Assembly: GCA_050251875.1 (NCBI GenBank)
Contig: JBFWMA010000002.1
Span: forward strand, 256,001-320,000
DNA length: 64,000 nt
Source of the DNA: Deferribacterales bacterium
GTDB taxonomy: Bacteria > Chrysiogenota > Deferribacteres > Deferribacterales > Geovibrionaceae
Reading direction: 5' to 3'
Shown here: piece by piece, positions 49,863 to 59,949 of the stretch
Position numbering within the stretch: the stretch's first letter is position 1
Layout of the letters: every line of letters begins with the position of its first letter
Made by a program: the position numbers and the translations under genes
The notes under the pieces: model-generated
The model's input: the letters and a program-made list of their open reading frames with translations, nothing else
Database searches by the model: none
Told to the model about the DNA's origin: nothing

Positions 49863-51980
49863 ATGAAAAAAATCGAACTGCTTCTCGGCATAAGCAACAT
49901 CATTCTGAATGCGGATGACACAGGCACCACCCTTGCCAACATCGTGGCATATGTCAAAGAAGCCATCGGAAGCGATGTCTGCTCCATCTATCTGAAAAAT
50001 AATAACAGACTGGTTCTTGCCGCCACAGACGGTCTCAGCGAAAACGCCGTGGGCAGTATTTCTCTGGGGCTGGACGAAGGTCTGACAGGACTCACATATA
50101 CAGCTGACGCGTATACCTTCATCAGAAACGCTCAGCACCACGAGAGATTTCACTATTTCCCCGGTATAAACGAAGAACCATACATGACATACATCGGCGT
50201 TCCGCTGAAAAGCCGTGACCACGAGTTCGGCGTTCTGGTTTTTCAGTTCAGAAAGAACAAGAGAAATTCTGACGCTTTTCAAAAACTGCTGATGGCTGTC
50301 GCCGCTCAGGTATCCGGTCTGGTTCTGCGTCACTATCTGATGCAGTCGGATGACGGCGAAACTTTTGACGACAGCGAGCGCACGGAGAAGGGTGTTCCTC
50401 TGTCCAGCGGTATAGCCATAGGCGAGCCTGTGGTTGTCATGTCTAAGATGATAGAAAAAACTCAGGAGATGATCTCCACAGAGATCGAGCTCATAGAATT
50501 CAGAAAGGCGCTGGACAACACAACGTCTGATCTGAAAGACCTTATAAAAAAGATGGAAGCCGCCAGTCAGGAGATAGCTTCCAGCATTTTCGAGACACAC
50601 CTGATGATGCTGAACGATGTCTCTTTCCGCATGGATATAGAGAACCACATCAGCGAAAAGAATAAGAGCGCCTCTTTCAGCGTCCGCCATGTGGCAGATA
50701 AATATATCAGACGCTTCCGCTCCATAAATGACGCGTATCTGAAGGAGAGGGCGCAGGATATAGAGGACATAGCCACCAGACTTCTGGAGCATCTCGGCGC
50801 CGTGTGCAAAGAGACCAATCTGAGAGACAACAGCGTGGTTTTCGCCAACAGACTGACTCCCGGAGAGACAGCATCCCTCGATCTGGAGCGTGTGTGCGGA
50901 TTTGTAACGGAGAAAGACGGGGTAACCAGCCACACAGCCATTCTGGCAAAAAGCAGGAAGATTCCCGCCGTGACAGGTATTTCCAACATACATCAGAAAC
51001 TTGAGTCGGCTCACAGCATCATAGTTGACGGGTATGAGGGTTATGTTATTTTTAACCCGACAACCGAAACTGTTGAAAAATATAAAGAAAAGATGGCTGT
51101 TAAAACAGTCCCGATGGAATCGAAAGATTTCGCCTGTCAGCTTATAACTCTTGCTGACGGTTCCAGAGTCAATTTTTACGCCAATATTTCCAGCGTTCTG
51201 GATTCTGAAAAGGCAGCAATGTTCTGTGCGGACGGAATAGGGCTGGTGAGAACAGAGATCTTCTATCTGCGTGATAATACTGAATTTACCATAGATTATC
51301 AGCTCGAAATATATCGTGAGATAATGAGAGCTTTTCCCGATAAACACGTTGTTTTCAGACTGCTGGACATCGGTTCTGACAAAAAGACTGCCTATGAGGC
51401 ATATGAAGACAACCCGGCTCTGGGCAACAGAGGTGTCAGGCTTCTGCTGACCGACTACATGCCGATGCTCAGAGACCAGCTCACAGCCCTTATCAGGCTG
51501 TCCAGGAGCTATCCGAACATCAAGATTCTGATTCCTTTCATCGCTGATGTGGAGGAATTCTTCAAGGTGAAGAACATAGCCAAAGAGATAGCGGCGGCGG
51601 AGAACACCACGCTTCCCGAGGTTGGCGTGATGCTCGAGATTCCCTCCATCATCTATTCGATGGAGCTGATGCACGGCGAGTGTGCTTTCTTCAGCATCGG
51701 AACAAACGATATGTTTCAGTATTTCTTCGCTCTAGACAGGGGAAACCCCATGGTGAGCTCACTGTACAGGCTGGATAACCCGGCTTTCTTCAGTCTGCTC
51801 AGGCGTATACTGGAAAAAGCGAAAAACCTTGATATCCCTGTGGAAATATGCGGTGAGATGGCGGCCGATCCTGAGATTCTCATCAAACTGATCGATCTGG
51901 GCTACCGTGATTTCAGCGTCAGTCCATATGCCCTGAACGAGCTGAAGTACCACCTTATTAATAAGGTAACAAGTAATTGA
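49863..51980 (+). CDS. ptsP: GAF-domain phosphoenolpyruvate-protein phosphotransferase (EI-Ntr)
   Basis: N-terminal GAF (DVCSIYL), TSHTAILA phospho-His, GLVRTE, SIGTND, ICGEMA. Confidence 0.92.
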   Translation: MKKIELLLGISNIILNADDTGTTLANIVAYVKEAIGSDVCSIYLKNNNRLVLAATDGLSENAVGSISLGLDEGLTGLTYTADAYTFIRNAQHHERFHYFPGINEEPYMTYIGVPLKSRDHEFGVLVFQFRKNKRNSDAFQKLLMAVAAQVSGLVLRHYLMQSDDGETFDDSERTEKGVPLSSGIAIGEPVVVMSKMIEKTQEMISTEIELIEFRKALDNTTSDLKDLIKKMEAASQEIASSIFETHLMMLNDVSFRMDIENHISEKNKSASFSVRHVADKYIRRFRSINDAYLKERAQDIEDIATRLLEHLGAVCKETNLRDNSVVFANRLTPGETASLDLERVCGFVTEKDGVTSHTAILAKSRKIPAVTGISNIHQKLESAHSIIVDGYEGYVIFNPTTETVEKYKEKMAVKTVPMESKDFACQLITLADGSRVNFYANISSVLDSEKAAMFCADGIGLVRTEIFYLRDNTEFTIDYQLEIYREIMRAFPDKHVVFRLLDIGSDKKTAYEAYEDNPALGNRGVRLLLTDYMPMLRDQLTALIRLSRSYPNIKILIPFIADVEEFFKVKNIAKEIAAAENTTLPEVGVMLEIPSIIYSMELMHGECAFFSIGTNDMFQYFFALDRGNPMVSSLYRLDNPAFFSLLRRILEKAKNLDIPVEICGEMAADPEILIKLIDLGYRDFSVSPYALNELKYHLINKVTSN

Positions 51981-52573
51981 CAGATAAGCACTTAATAGTA
52001 TCAGTCATACTCTATTGCGTCATACATTCCATCACAGCCGACAGTTATCTGATGAAAAACGTCTATACGAAATGGTGGTACAGAGCCTTTTACGTCTTTT
52101 TTTCGATTATCACCGTCATTCCTGTGGTCTATATCTATCTGAATGTTGAAAAACAGCCCTTTTTTGACCCGGCAATGCCCATCAGGATAGGTCTCGGCAT
52201 CATATGGCTTATGGCTCTGGGGTTCGGGGCTTACGCCTCCAGATGTTACGATAATTCATCATTTCTGGGGCTCACACAGATAATCAACAGAAAAAAAAGC
52301 GATGACGGCGCTCATCATAAGAAAAAACTCGTCAGCACAGGCGCTCTTGGCATAGTCAGGCATCCGTATTACACAGCCGGACTTGTTCTGGTCTGGGCCC
52401 GCCCCATGAACCTGTCTGACTTTTATATCACGCTGATACTTACGGCATATTTCATTCTGGGGACGCTGAATGAGGAACGCAAGCTGATGAAAGAATTCGG
52501 CGCTGAATATACAGAATATAAAAAGCGTGTGCCGATGCTGATTCCATATCCGGTGAGAAAAAATGAGAAATAA
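51977..52573 (+). CDS. isoprenylcysteine carboxyl methyltransferase/NnrU-like membrane protein
   Basis: VRHPYY, EERKL..EFG..Y..YKKRVPMLIP. Confidence 0.82.
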   Translation: MTDKHLIVSVILYCVIHSITADSYLMKNVYTKWWYRAFYVFFSIITVIPVVYIYLNVEKQPFFDPAMPIRIGLGIIWLMALGFGAYASRCYDNSSFLGLTQIINRKKSDDGAHHKKKLVSTGALGIVRHPYYTAGLVLVWARPMNLSDFYITLILTAYFILGTLNEERKLMKEFGAEYTEYKKRVPMLIPYPVRKNEK

Positions 52574-53180
52574 GAACGTTCATGCTCTCTTTCTGAAATA
52601 TCCGGAAGCTGGCAGGGTGAAGACCCGCCTGGGCGATACCATCGGAATGGAAAAGGCGGCAGAAATTTATAGATTCTTAGCTGACAGAATAATAAAATCA
52701 TGTGTATCAGATAAGTACGATACTATCTATTTCATAGACTCAGAAAAAGACACTGACAGATTTCGTCTTTGGCTCGGAGAGAACGCCAAAATAGCGGTTC
52801 AGCGGGATGGTGATCTGGGATCCAGACTGGACGGGGCGTTCAGATATGTCTTTGATATGGGATACGAAAAATGCGCCGTGACCGGAAGCGATATTTTTGG
52901 TCTGGACAGTTCATATGCAGATATGGCTTTTGACGCTCTGGATACTTCAGAATGTGCCATAGGCAGGGCGGAGGACGGCGGATATTATCTGATCTCTTTT
53001 GCGTCTTCGTCTTATGAACCCGCTGTTTTTTATGATATAATCTGGAGTACATCAACTGTGCTTGATGAAACTGTAAAAAAACTGCAAAATAATGGCAAAA
53101 CATATCAGATTCTGCCTGAATTGCCTGACATAGACACGGAAGACGACCTGAAACATCTGAAAGGAGTGTATTTTGGTTAA
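52563..53180 (+). CDS. DUF2064 / TIGR04282-type transferase
   Basis: KYPEAGRVKTRLG, Q..GDLGSRL, GSD, AEDGGYYLI, LPDIDTEDDL. Confidence 0.9.
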   Translation: MRNKNVHALFLKYPEAGRVKTRLGDTIGMEKAAEIYRFLADRIIKSCVSDKYDTIYFIDSEKDTDRFRLWLGENAKIAVQRDGDLGSRLDGAFRYVFDMGYEKCAVTGSDIFGLDSSYADMAFDALDTSECAIGRAEDGGYYLISFASSSYEPAVFYDIIWSTSTVLDETVKKLQNNGKTYQILPELPDIDTEDDLKHLKGVYFG

Positions 53181-53844
53181 GAAACTCATTATTCTGCTTA
53201 TTTTGATAGCGCTTTTCGTATGGCTGAGAAGCACTGACTATATTGACATTATTACTTTTGAAAATCTGAAAGCCAACGCCGACTCAATCAAAGAATATGT
53301 GACTGACAGATACGCCGTATCGGCTCTTTTATACATCATCGGATACACAATTTTCACAGGACTGGCGCTGCCCGGTGCTGTTATTATAAGTCTCTGCGGG
53401 GGCTATGTTTTCGGTGTCGCTGGCGGTCTGACTTTTTCTGTGATAGGGGCTACATTCGGCGCTTCGTCCGCCTTTTTTCTTGCCAGGTTTTTTCTGGGAA
53501 GCTGGCTGAACAGAAAATATTCCGCTCAGCTCGAAAAATTCAACAAAGAGCTGAAATCCAACGGACACCTCTATCTGCTGACACTCAGGCTTATCCCGAT
53601 ATTCCCCTTCTTTCTCATAAACTTAATGGCTGGACTCACGTCCATCGGTTTTTATACATTTCTGTGGACCACCATTATCGGCATCATACCCGGCGGGTTC
53701 GTCTTTATCTACGCCGGCAGCAGGCTGAGCGAGGTCAACTCTGTGTCCGGCATCTTTTCCGGTCAGATGCTTCTGGCTTTTGTGTTTCTCGGATGCCTTA
53801 TGCTTCTGCCTGTCATCTATAAGAAAATCATCAAAAAGAGATGA
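53173..53844 (+). CDS. TVP38/TMEM64 (DedA/VTT) membrane protein
   Basis: LPGA..SL.GG..FG, LRLIPIFPFFLIN, GIIPG. Confidence 0.9.
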   Translation: MVKKLIILLILIALFVWLRSTDYIDIITFENLKANADSIKEYVTDRYAVSALLYIIGYTIFTGLALPGAVIISLCGGYVFGVAGGLTFSVIGATFGASSAFFLARFFLGSWLNRKYSAQLEKFNKELKSNGHLYLLTLRLIPIFPFFLINLMAGLTSIGFYTFLWTTIIGIIPGGFVFIYAGSRLSEVNSVSGIFSGQMLLAFVFLGCLMLLPVIYKKIIKKR

Positions 53845-54488
53845 CCGTATCAGTCATTATTCCTGTTTTCAACGAGCAGGAGAATATCAACAGAATTATC
53901 AGTTCTCTAAATGACTGCGAGATAATAATATCCGACTGTAACGGCGAAACGCTGAAAGCCGTGTCCGACAAATCCGTGATAACCGTGATGTCTGAAAAAG
54001 GACGAGGCAACCAACAGAACGCCGGAGCGGAAAAAGCCTCGGGCGACATACTCTTATTTCTTCATGCCGATACAAAACTACCCGAAAACTGGCTGGAAAA
54101 AATATCAGAAACACTTAAAAAATATGACTGCGGGGCATTTTCGCTTGGAATTGACTCAAGTCAGGGTATATTCAGAGTATTGGAACGTGTGTCCACATTC
54201 AGAAGCAGGATCACGAAAATTCCATACGGCGATCAGGCGATTTTTATCAGGCGTGAGCTTTTTGAAAAGATAGGCGGATTCAGAGATTATCCGATCTTTG
54301 AGGATTTCCGGCTGATGCAGGATGTTAAACGCTCAGGAGCAAAAATTCATATCCTGAAAGAAAGAGTCATGACATCGCCCAGACGGTGGCAGAAAGAGGG
54401 CGTGATCTATACAACCGCCCGAAACTGGCTGATAACAATACTTTATTTATGCGGGGTTTCTCCGCATAAGCTGAAAAAACTATATTAG
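53841..54488 (+). CDS. TIGR04283-type family 2 glycosyltransferase
   Basis: SVIIPVFNE, LLFLHADT, PYGDQAIF, TSPRRW. Confidence 0.9.
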   Translation: MTVSVIIPVFNEQENINRIISSLNDCEIIISDCNGETLKAVSDKSVITVMSEKGRGNQQNAGAEKASGDILLFLHADTKLPENWLEKISETLKKYDCGAFSLGIDSSQGIFRVLERVSTFRSRITKIPYGDQAIFIRRELFEKIGGFRDYPIFEDFRLMQDVKRSGAKIHILKERVMTSPRRWQKEGVIYTTARNWLITILYLCGVSPHKLKKLY

Positions 54489-54496
54489 GACCCGGA

Positions 54497-55357
54497 ATGA
54501 AACAATATCTTGACCTTGTACAGCATGTGCTGGAAAACGGAGTGAAACAGACCAACCGCACGGGTGTTTCCACACTCAGCGTTTTCGGCTATTTCTACAG
54601 AGTCGATCTGAATGACGGCTTCCCTCTGCTAACCACTAAAAAGATGTTCTTTAATTCACTGGTGCATGAGCTATTTTGGTATCTGTCCGGCGATGAGCAT
54701 ATAAAAGATCTGCGCTCCAAGACAAAGATATGGGACGCATGGGCGGATGAAGAGGGCAGGCTCCAGACGGCTTATGGTCGTTTCTGGCGCAGGTTTCCCG
54801 TGCCTGAGCATGGACTGGACGGAGAGAACTGGGGCTCAAGATGGGTAAATACCGAAGAAAACGGACAGAAGACATTCGACCAGATCGCATATATCATTGA
54901 CACACTAAAAGAAATAAAGATAAATCCCGACACGCCCAACCAGAGGAGGATGGTGGTGTCCGCATGGCACCCTGCCAACGCCGCCGAAAGCAAACTGCCT
55001 CCGTGTCACTATACGTTCTGCTTCAGTGTGAAGGCGGGCAGGCTGAACTGTCACCTCACCCAGCGCTCCGGCGATATAGCGCTGGGGATACCTTTTAATC
55101 TGGCATGCTACTCTCTGCTGACTATGATGCTGGCGAAAGAGACCGGATTTGAACCCGGCGAGTTTGCCCACACCATAATAGACGCTCATATCTACGAAAA
55201 CCACATAGAGGGGCTGAAAGAACAGCTCACACGGGCTCCCATGTCTCTGCCGAAAATAACTATAGCCGACAAGCCTTTCGACAGGCTTGTGTTCGAGGAT
55301 ATCGTCCTCTCGGATTATCAGCCGCACCCTGTAATACGCTTTGAGGTGGCAGTATGA
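54497..55357 (+). CDS. thyA: thymidylate synthase
   Basis: GFPLLTTKK, IWDAWAD, LPPCH, QRSGDIALGIPFN. Confidence 0.97.
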   Translation: MKQYLDLVQHVLENGVKQTNRTGVSTLSVFGYFYRVDLNDGFPLLTTKKMFFNSLVHELFWYLSGDEHIKDLRSKTKIWDAWADEEGRLQTAYGRFWRRFPVPEHGLDGENWGSRWVNTEENGQKTFDQIAYIIDTLKEIKINPDTPNQRRMVVSAWHPANAAESKLPPCHYTFCFSVKAGRLNCHLTQRSGDIALGIPFNLACYSLLTMMLAKETGFEPGEFAHTIIDAHIYENHIEGLKEQLTRAPMSLPKITIADKPFDRLVFEDIVLSDYQPHPVIRFEVAV

Positions 55358-55845
55358 AAGAGCTTTCGCTGATTGTCGCTATGACTAAGAACGGAGTGAT
55401 AGGAAAAGACAACAAAATCCCCTGGCACATTCCGCAGGATCTGAAACTGTTCAAGGAACTCACCACAGGCAATGTCGTTATAATGGGCAGAAAAACCTAT
55501 GAATCCATAGGCAGACCTCTGCCGAACAGGGAAAATATCGTAATCAGCAACAGCGTGAAAGAGATAGAAGGCTGTCTGGTTTTCGATTCTGTTCTGAAGG
55601 CTGTCAGACATGCACAGACGCTGGACAAAGGGATATTTTTTATAGGCGGATCAGAGCTTTACAGGCTGGTATTGGATATAGTCACTCATCTTTATATTTC
55701 ATGGGTCAAGGCGGACTACTGCGGGGACACATATTTTCCGGAGGTTTGCTTCAGCGAGTGGAAGATGGAAGAAGTGCTTGATTTCGAAGAGTTTACTATG
55801 ATGCATTATTCGCGGAATATCCAAGAAGCCCGGTGTAGAGCCTGA
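55354..55845 (+). CDS. folA: dihydrofolate reductase
   Basis: IGKDNKIPWH, IMGRKTYESIGRPLPNR, IGG, GDTYFP. Confidence 0.97.
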   Translation: MKELSLIVAMTKNGVIGKDNKIPWHIPQDLKLFKELTTGNVVIMGRKTYESIGRPLPNRENIVISNSVKEIEGCLVFDSVLKAVRHAQTLDKGIFFIGGSELYRLVLDIVTHLYISWVKADYCGDTYFPEVCFSEWKMEEVLDFEEFTMMHYSRNIQEARCRA

Positions 55846-56896
55846 TATACTGCGAAACCATTGAGCTGTCAGAAAATTTCAGCGAAGTATGAAATCCGTT
55901 CTGACCGAATTTCTTAACATTGTCGCCATTCTCATATATTTCATAAAAACTGCATGCCAAAGCGTCTGAATCCTGAACAGGGGTCAGAAGCCCGTTGAAC
56001 CTGTGTTTCACCAGCTCGGGGATTCCTCCCGCCGCTGTGGAGGCTACTGGTTTCATCATGAACATAGCGTCTATGATGGATGTGCAGAGTCCTTCCGTTT
56101 TGGATGACATGGCAAAAACATCAAACACGGCAATGTGTTCATACACTTTATCCGTATGCCCGGTGAAGATTATACTGTCGGCGCACTCCTGCTTTGCGGC
56201 ATATGCCTCTATCTCTTCCTTCATGTGTCCGCCGCCCACCATCATCAGCACCGATTCGTTCGCCAGTTTATGAAATTTTGCGAAAGCGTCTATCATCGTG
56301 TAGTGGTCTTTGGTTTCGGAGATGCTGGCGACTGTGCCCACAACGTATTTACCGTCCAGATCATATTTTTCACGAATGTCTTTATATGTCTGGTATTCAA
56401 GGCTTTTAGGAAACCGTACGCCGCTGTTTATCACTTTGAGCTTTTCGGGTTCTATGCCGTCATTTATCAGCAGGCGCCTGATGGCGTCCGATATGGCGAC
56501 TATCACGTCTACCTGTTTGTTGTCATACTTTTTGCGCTTGAAATAGCCTTTGTTTATGCTGAAATCTATGCGGCGGGTGTTTATCAGTTTATATTTCAGC
56601 CCGAATACCTTAGCCAGAAGGGCGGGCATCAGGGCGTGGGCATCGTGCGTGTGTACTATGTCGGGTTTTTCGGCTCTGATTATTTTTTTCAGCTCTCTGA
56701 GAAAGCCCATGTCGGCTTCTCCCTTGAACTTCATGGGGATGATGTTTTCAGATGTGTGTCCGGTGAATTTGCCGTCTGAGTTGCAGACTATTACAGAGTC
56801 GATGCCGGCTTTCATAAGTCCTTCGTGCAGAAAGAGAACCTGTCTCTGTCCACCTCTCCAGTCCCTGCCTGTGTCTATATGCAGAACTTTCATCAA
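55796..56896 (-). CDS. family 4 glycosyltransferase
   Basis: HIDTGRDWRGGQRQ, EGLCTSIIDAM, GGIPE. Confidence 0.92.
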   Translation of the reverse strand: MMKVLHIDTGRDWRGGQRQVLFLHEGLMKAGIDSVIVCNSDGKFTGHTSENIIPMKFKGEADMGFLRELKKIIRAEKPDIVHTHDAHALMPALLAKVFGLKYKLINTRRIDFSINKGYFKRKKYDNKQVDVIVAISDAIRRLLINDGIEPEKLKVINSGVRFPKSLEYQTYKDIREKYDLDGKYVVGTVASISETKDHYTMIDAFAKFHKLANESVLMMVGGGHMKEEIEAYAAKQECADSIIFTGHTDKVYEHIAVFDVFAMSSKTEGLCTSIIDAMFMMKPVASTAAGGIPELVKHRFNGLLTPVQDSDALACSFYEIYENGDNVKKFGQNGFHTSLKFSDSSMVSQYIRLYTGLLGYSANNAS

Positions 56897-57351
56897 CCCA
56901 CCATATATGTCCCTGTGCCAACGGCTATCAGGGTGTTTTCATCATTTCTCAGTTCGGTTCTGGTGACAGATATCTTATTGCCCATACGCATTATTTCGCC
57001 TTTTGCCACGAAATATTTTCCACGTCCGGGGCGCAGAAAGTCCACCCGCATGTCTATGGTGCCGAGTTTTTCGAATTTTTTCATCATGTCCTGCTTTGGG
57101 TGTCCGTTGAGTCTGGACAGTGTGCTTTCCATCGCCACCACAGCTCCGGCGATATCCAGCAGAGTGGATATGATTCCGCCGTGCAGAATATTCTGCATAT
57201 AGTTGCCTATGCAGACGTCCTGCATCTCCATAAAAAGATACGGCTGTCTGTTTTCATCCGGCAGCACCTTTATGTTCAGAAAACTGCTGAACGGCGTCTC
57301 AATCTCAAAAACTTCTCTAAGACATTCGAGTACAATATCTTCCATATTCAC
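56893..57351 (-). CDS. hotdog-fold thioesterase (YigI-like)
   Basis: ILHGGIISTLLD, GTIDMRVDFLRPGRG. Confidence 0.88.
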   Translation of the reverse strand: MNMEDIVLECLREVFEIETPFSSFLNIKVLPDENRQPYLFMEMQDVCIGNYMQNILHGGIISTLLDIAGAVVAMESTLSRLNGHPKQDMMKKFEKLGTIDMRVDFLRPGRGKYFVAKGEIMRMGNKISVTRTELRNDENTLIAVGTGTYMVG

Positions 57352-57440
57352 ATTCTACTTTCAAAAGACTGGTCTTGTCAAACAGGCATCGCTCTTATAC
57401 AATACCTTTTTTCTCTGGGAAAGATTTTATTGGAGTAGAG

Positions 57441-58280
57441 ATGCTGATAGAAGCAGTGGATCTGGTTAAAATATTTGATAAAAAAGAGGCTGTGGGCGGT
57501 ATCAGTCTGGGTGTTCAGGAGGGGGAGTTCATCGCACTTCTCGGACCGAACGGCGCAGGAAAGACCACCACAGTGAACATGCTGTCCGGACTCAGCAAGC
57601 CGACATCCGGCAGAATATATTATAACTCTAAGCCCTTTACGGCGGACGATATTTTTCTGAAAAAGCAGATAGGCGTGGTGCCTCAGCACAACAATGTCGA
57701 CCGTGACCTGACCGTTGCGGAAAACCTGCGGGTGCACTGCAAACTTTTCGGGATAAACGATGAAAAGAGAGCCATAGACAGGGCTCTGGAGTTTTCCGGG
57801 CTGACAGGGCATATGGACAAGACGGCTGACAAGCTCTCCGGAGGCATGAAACGCCGTCTGGTGATAGCCCGTGCTCTTCTGCATGACCCTAAGGTGCTGT
57901 TTCTGGATGAGCCCACAACGGGGCTGGACGCCAGCGTACGCAGGAATATATGGGATTTCGTCCGCACGGTGAACAAACAGCACGGATGCACGGTCATCCT
58001 GACAACGCATTACATAGAAGAGGCGGAAGTGCTGGCAGACAGAGTAATCATTATAGACAGGGGCAAAATAGCCGCAGAAGGGCGTGTGGAGCCTCTGAAA
58101 GAGTCTGTGGGGCGTGCCGCACTGGACATATACACAGAAAACGGAATAGAGACGCTTCATTTCGCCGACAGGCAGGAAGCGATACATAAGCTGGAATCCA
58201 TAACAGACGAGGCAAAACTGCGTGACGTCACTCTGGAAGACGTCTACATCAAAATAACAGGCAGAAGGATAGACGTATGA
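57441..58280 (+). CDS. ABC-2 type ATP-binding protein (NodI/DrrA-like)
   Basis: GPNGAGKTT, LSGGMKRRL, LDEPTTGLD, TLEDVY; ATG 57441. Confidence 0.9.
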   Translation: MLIEAVDLVKIFDKKEAVGGISLGVQEGEFIALLGPNGAGKTTTVNMLSGLSKPTSGRIYYNSKPFTADDIFLKKQIGVVPQHNNVDRDLTVAENLRVHCKLFGINDEKRAIDRALEFSGLTGHMDKTADKLSGGMKRRLVIARALLHDPKVLFLDEPTTGLDASVRRNIWDFVRTVNKQHGCTVILTTHYIEEAEVLADRVIIIDRGKIAAEGRVEPLKESVGRAALDIYTENGIETLHFADRQEAIHKLESITDEAKLRDVTLEDVYIKITGRRIDV

Positions 58281-59014
58281 ACGGTATAAAAGGTGTGGTC
58301 TACAGAGAGACCAGAGTGCTGAAAAGCCGTTTTATGAAGACTATCCTGTCCTCATCCGTGTCGCCTCTGCTGTTTCTTCTGGCGTTCGGATACGGCATCG
58401 GGCGCAATTCCACCGTGGGGCAGACCGGATATATCGAGTTTCTGATTCCCGGGCTCATCGCCATGACGAGCATGAACCAGAGCTACGGCATATCCAGCGA
58501 TATCAACATCTCCAGATTCTATTTCAAAACCTTCGATGAATATCTTCTGGCGCCCTGCGCTAAGTGGGAAATCGTTGTGGGGGAAATAATTTACGGAATT
58601 TTAAAGGGGCTCATTCCTGTTCTTATAATATTCGTATACGGCTATCTGGCGGGAGCGGGCAACATTCCGAACATTCTTTTTGTCCCCGCTATGCTGGTGC
58701 ATCTTATCATATTCTCAATGCTGGGGATTATGGTGGCTCTGAAGGTGAAGAACCACGGAGATCAGTTCGCTGTGAACTCTTTTGTCATCACTCCCATGAT
58801 ATTTCTCTCCGGAACATTCTATCCGGTGGAGCATATGCCTCTGGCTGTAAAGATTATAGCGGCGATATCGCCTCTGACATACACCACCAGACTCATAAGG
58901 GGCTCTGTGCTGGGTACTGACACGGCTTATCTGCTTAATTTTTCGGTGTCTGTGGCTATTGCGGCGGCGCTGTTCTGGCTTTCACTCAAAATCGTGAAAA
59001 GGATAGAGCCGTGA
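58277..59014 (+). CDS. ABC-2 type permease (NodJ-like)
   Basis: YIEFLIPG, PMIFLSGTFYP, PLTY. Confidence 0.88.
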   Translation: MNGIKGVVYRETRVLKSRFMKTILSSSVSPLLFLLAFGYGIGRNSTVGQTGYIEFLIPGLIAMTSMNQSYGISSDINISRFYFKTFDEYLLAPCAKWEIVVGEIIYGILKGLIPVLIIFVYGYLAGAGNIPNILFVPAMLVHLIIFSMLGIMVALKVKNHGDQFAVNSFVITPMIFLSGTFYPVEHMPLAVKIIAAISPLTYTTRLIRGSVLGTDTAYLLNFSVSVAIAAALFWLSLKIVKRIEP

Positions 59015-59949
59015 AATATTTATGGCTTATCCCCGTTGCCGCTCTGATAACGGGTTCGCTCTTTTTCGGTTCAGTCAGTCTGGATATCTTCGACCCGCAG
59101 AACAGGGATATCGTCCTTGACCTGCGCCTGCCCAGAGCGCTTTTTGCTTTCTGCGTGGGGGCTATGCTGGGGCTGTCAGGCTCTGTCTATCAGCTGGTGC
59201 TCAGAAACCCTCTGGCAGACAGCTTTACCACCGGAGCGGCGTCATCATCCGCTCTTGGGGCTGTTCTGGCTATCTCCATGGGACTCAGCCCGACTTTTGT
59301 CCCTCCTTTCGCTTTCGTCACAGGGATGCTGGGACTGGCACTGGTATACAGGCTGTCCGGAGGCGCCAGAGGTGCCGTAACGCTCATTCTGTGCGGTGTT
59401 ATAGTCAATATAGTCGCTTCATCCATGATAGGATTTACCAAGTTTTATTTCGAGGAATCCGTGACATCTGTGGTTTTTTGGCTGATGGGCGGATTCAGCT
59501 TTATAGATATGCCAAAACTGATAATAGGTTATACCGTGTTTATCATATCGTATATGTACCTGATGAAGAAGGGATCGAGGCTGGATATGATGGCTTTTGA
59601 CGACAGCACAGCCGTCACCAGCGGGATAGATCTGAAACAGGAGAGGGCGGGGGCGTTCTTTTTTGCCACCCTTCTGGTCGCCTGCGCCGTGAGCTACAGC
59701 GGGCTGATCGGCTTTGTGGGGCTTATCGTGCCGCACATAGCCAGAAGCATCTTCAGACCGAACATGCGCTCCAACATGTTTTACTCAGCCGTCTTCGGCG
59801 GGCTTCTGCTGCTGGCGTCAGATACGTTCGTCAGGACATTCGTCAGAGGCGGAGCGGAGATGCCTGTGGGGATAGTCACATCCATACTGGGCGGACTGTT
59901 CTTCTTCTATATTCTGATGCGCAGGCGCGCGGAGATCTGGCATGATTAA
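59011..59949 (+). CDS. FecCD/BtuC family ABC permease
   Basis: LRLPRA, LRNPLAD, GLIGFVGLIVPH, MPVGIVT. Confidence 0.93.
   Translation: MKYLWLIPVAALITGSLFFGSVSLDIFDPQNRDIVLDLRLPRALFAFCVGAMLGLSGSVYQLVLRNPLADSFTTGAASSSALGAVLAISMGLSPTFVPPFAFVTGMLGLALVYRLSGGARGAVTLILCGVIVNIVASSMIGFTKFYFEESVTSVVFWLMGGFSFIDMPKLIIGYTVFIISYMYLMKKGSRLDMMAFDDSTAVTSGIDLKQERAGAFFFATLLVACAVSYSGLIGFVGLIVPHIARSIFRPNMRSNMFYSAVFGGLLLLASDTFVRTFVRGGAEMPVGIVTSILGGLFFFYILMRRRAEIWHD

Noticed and set aside
49836..51674. 612-aa antisense ORF
   Set aside because: Shadow of ptsP; no motifs. The same applies to 9048-10262, 14145-15089, 24834-25784 and similar antisense ORFs.
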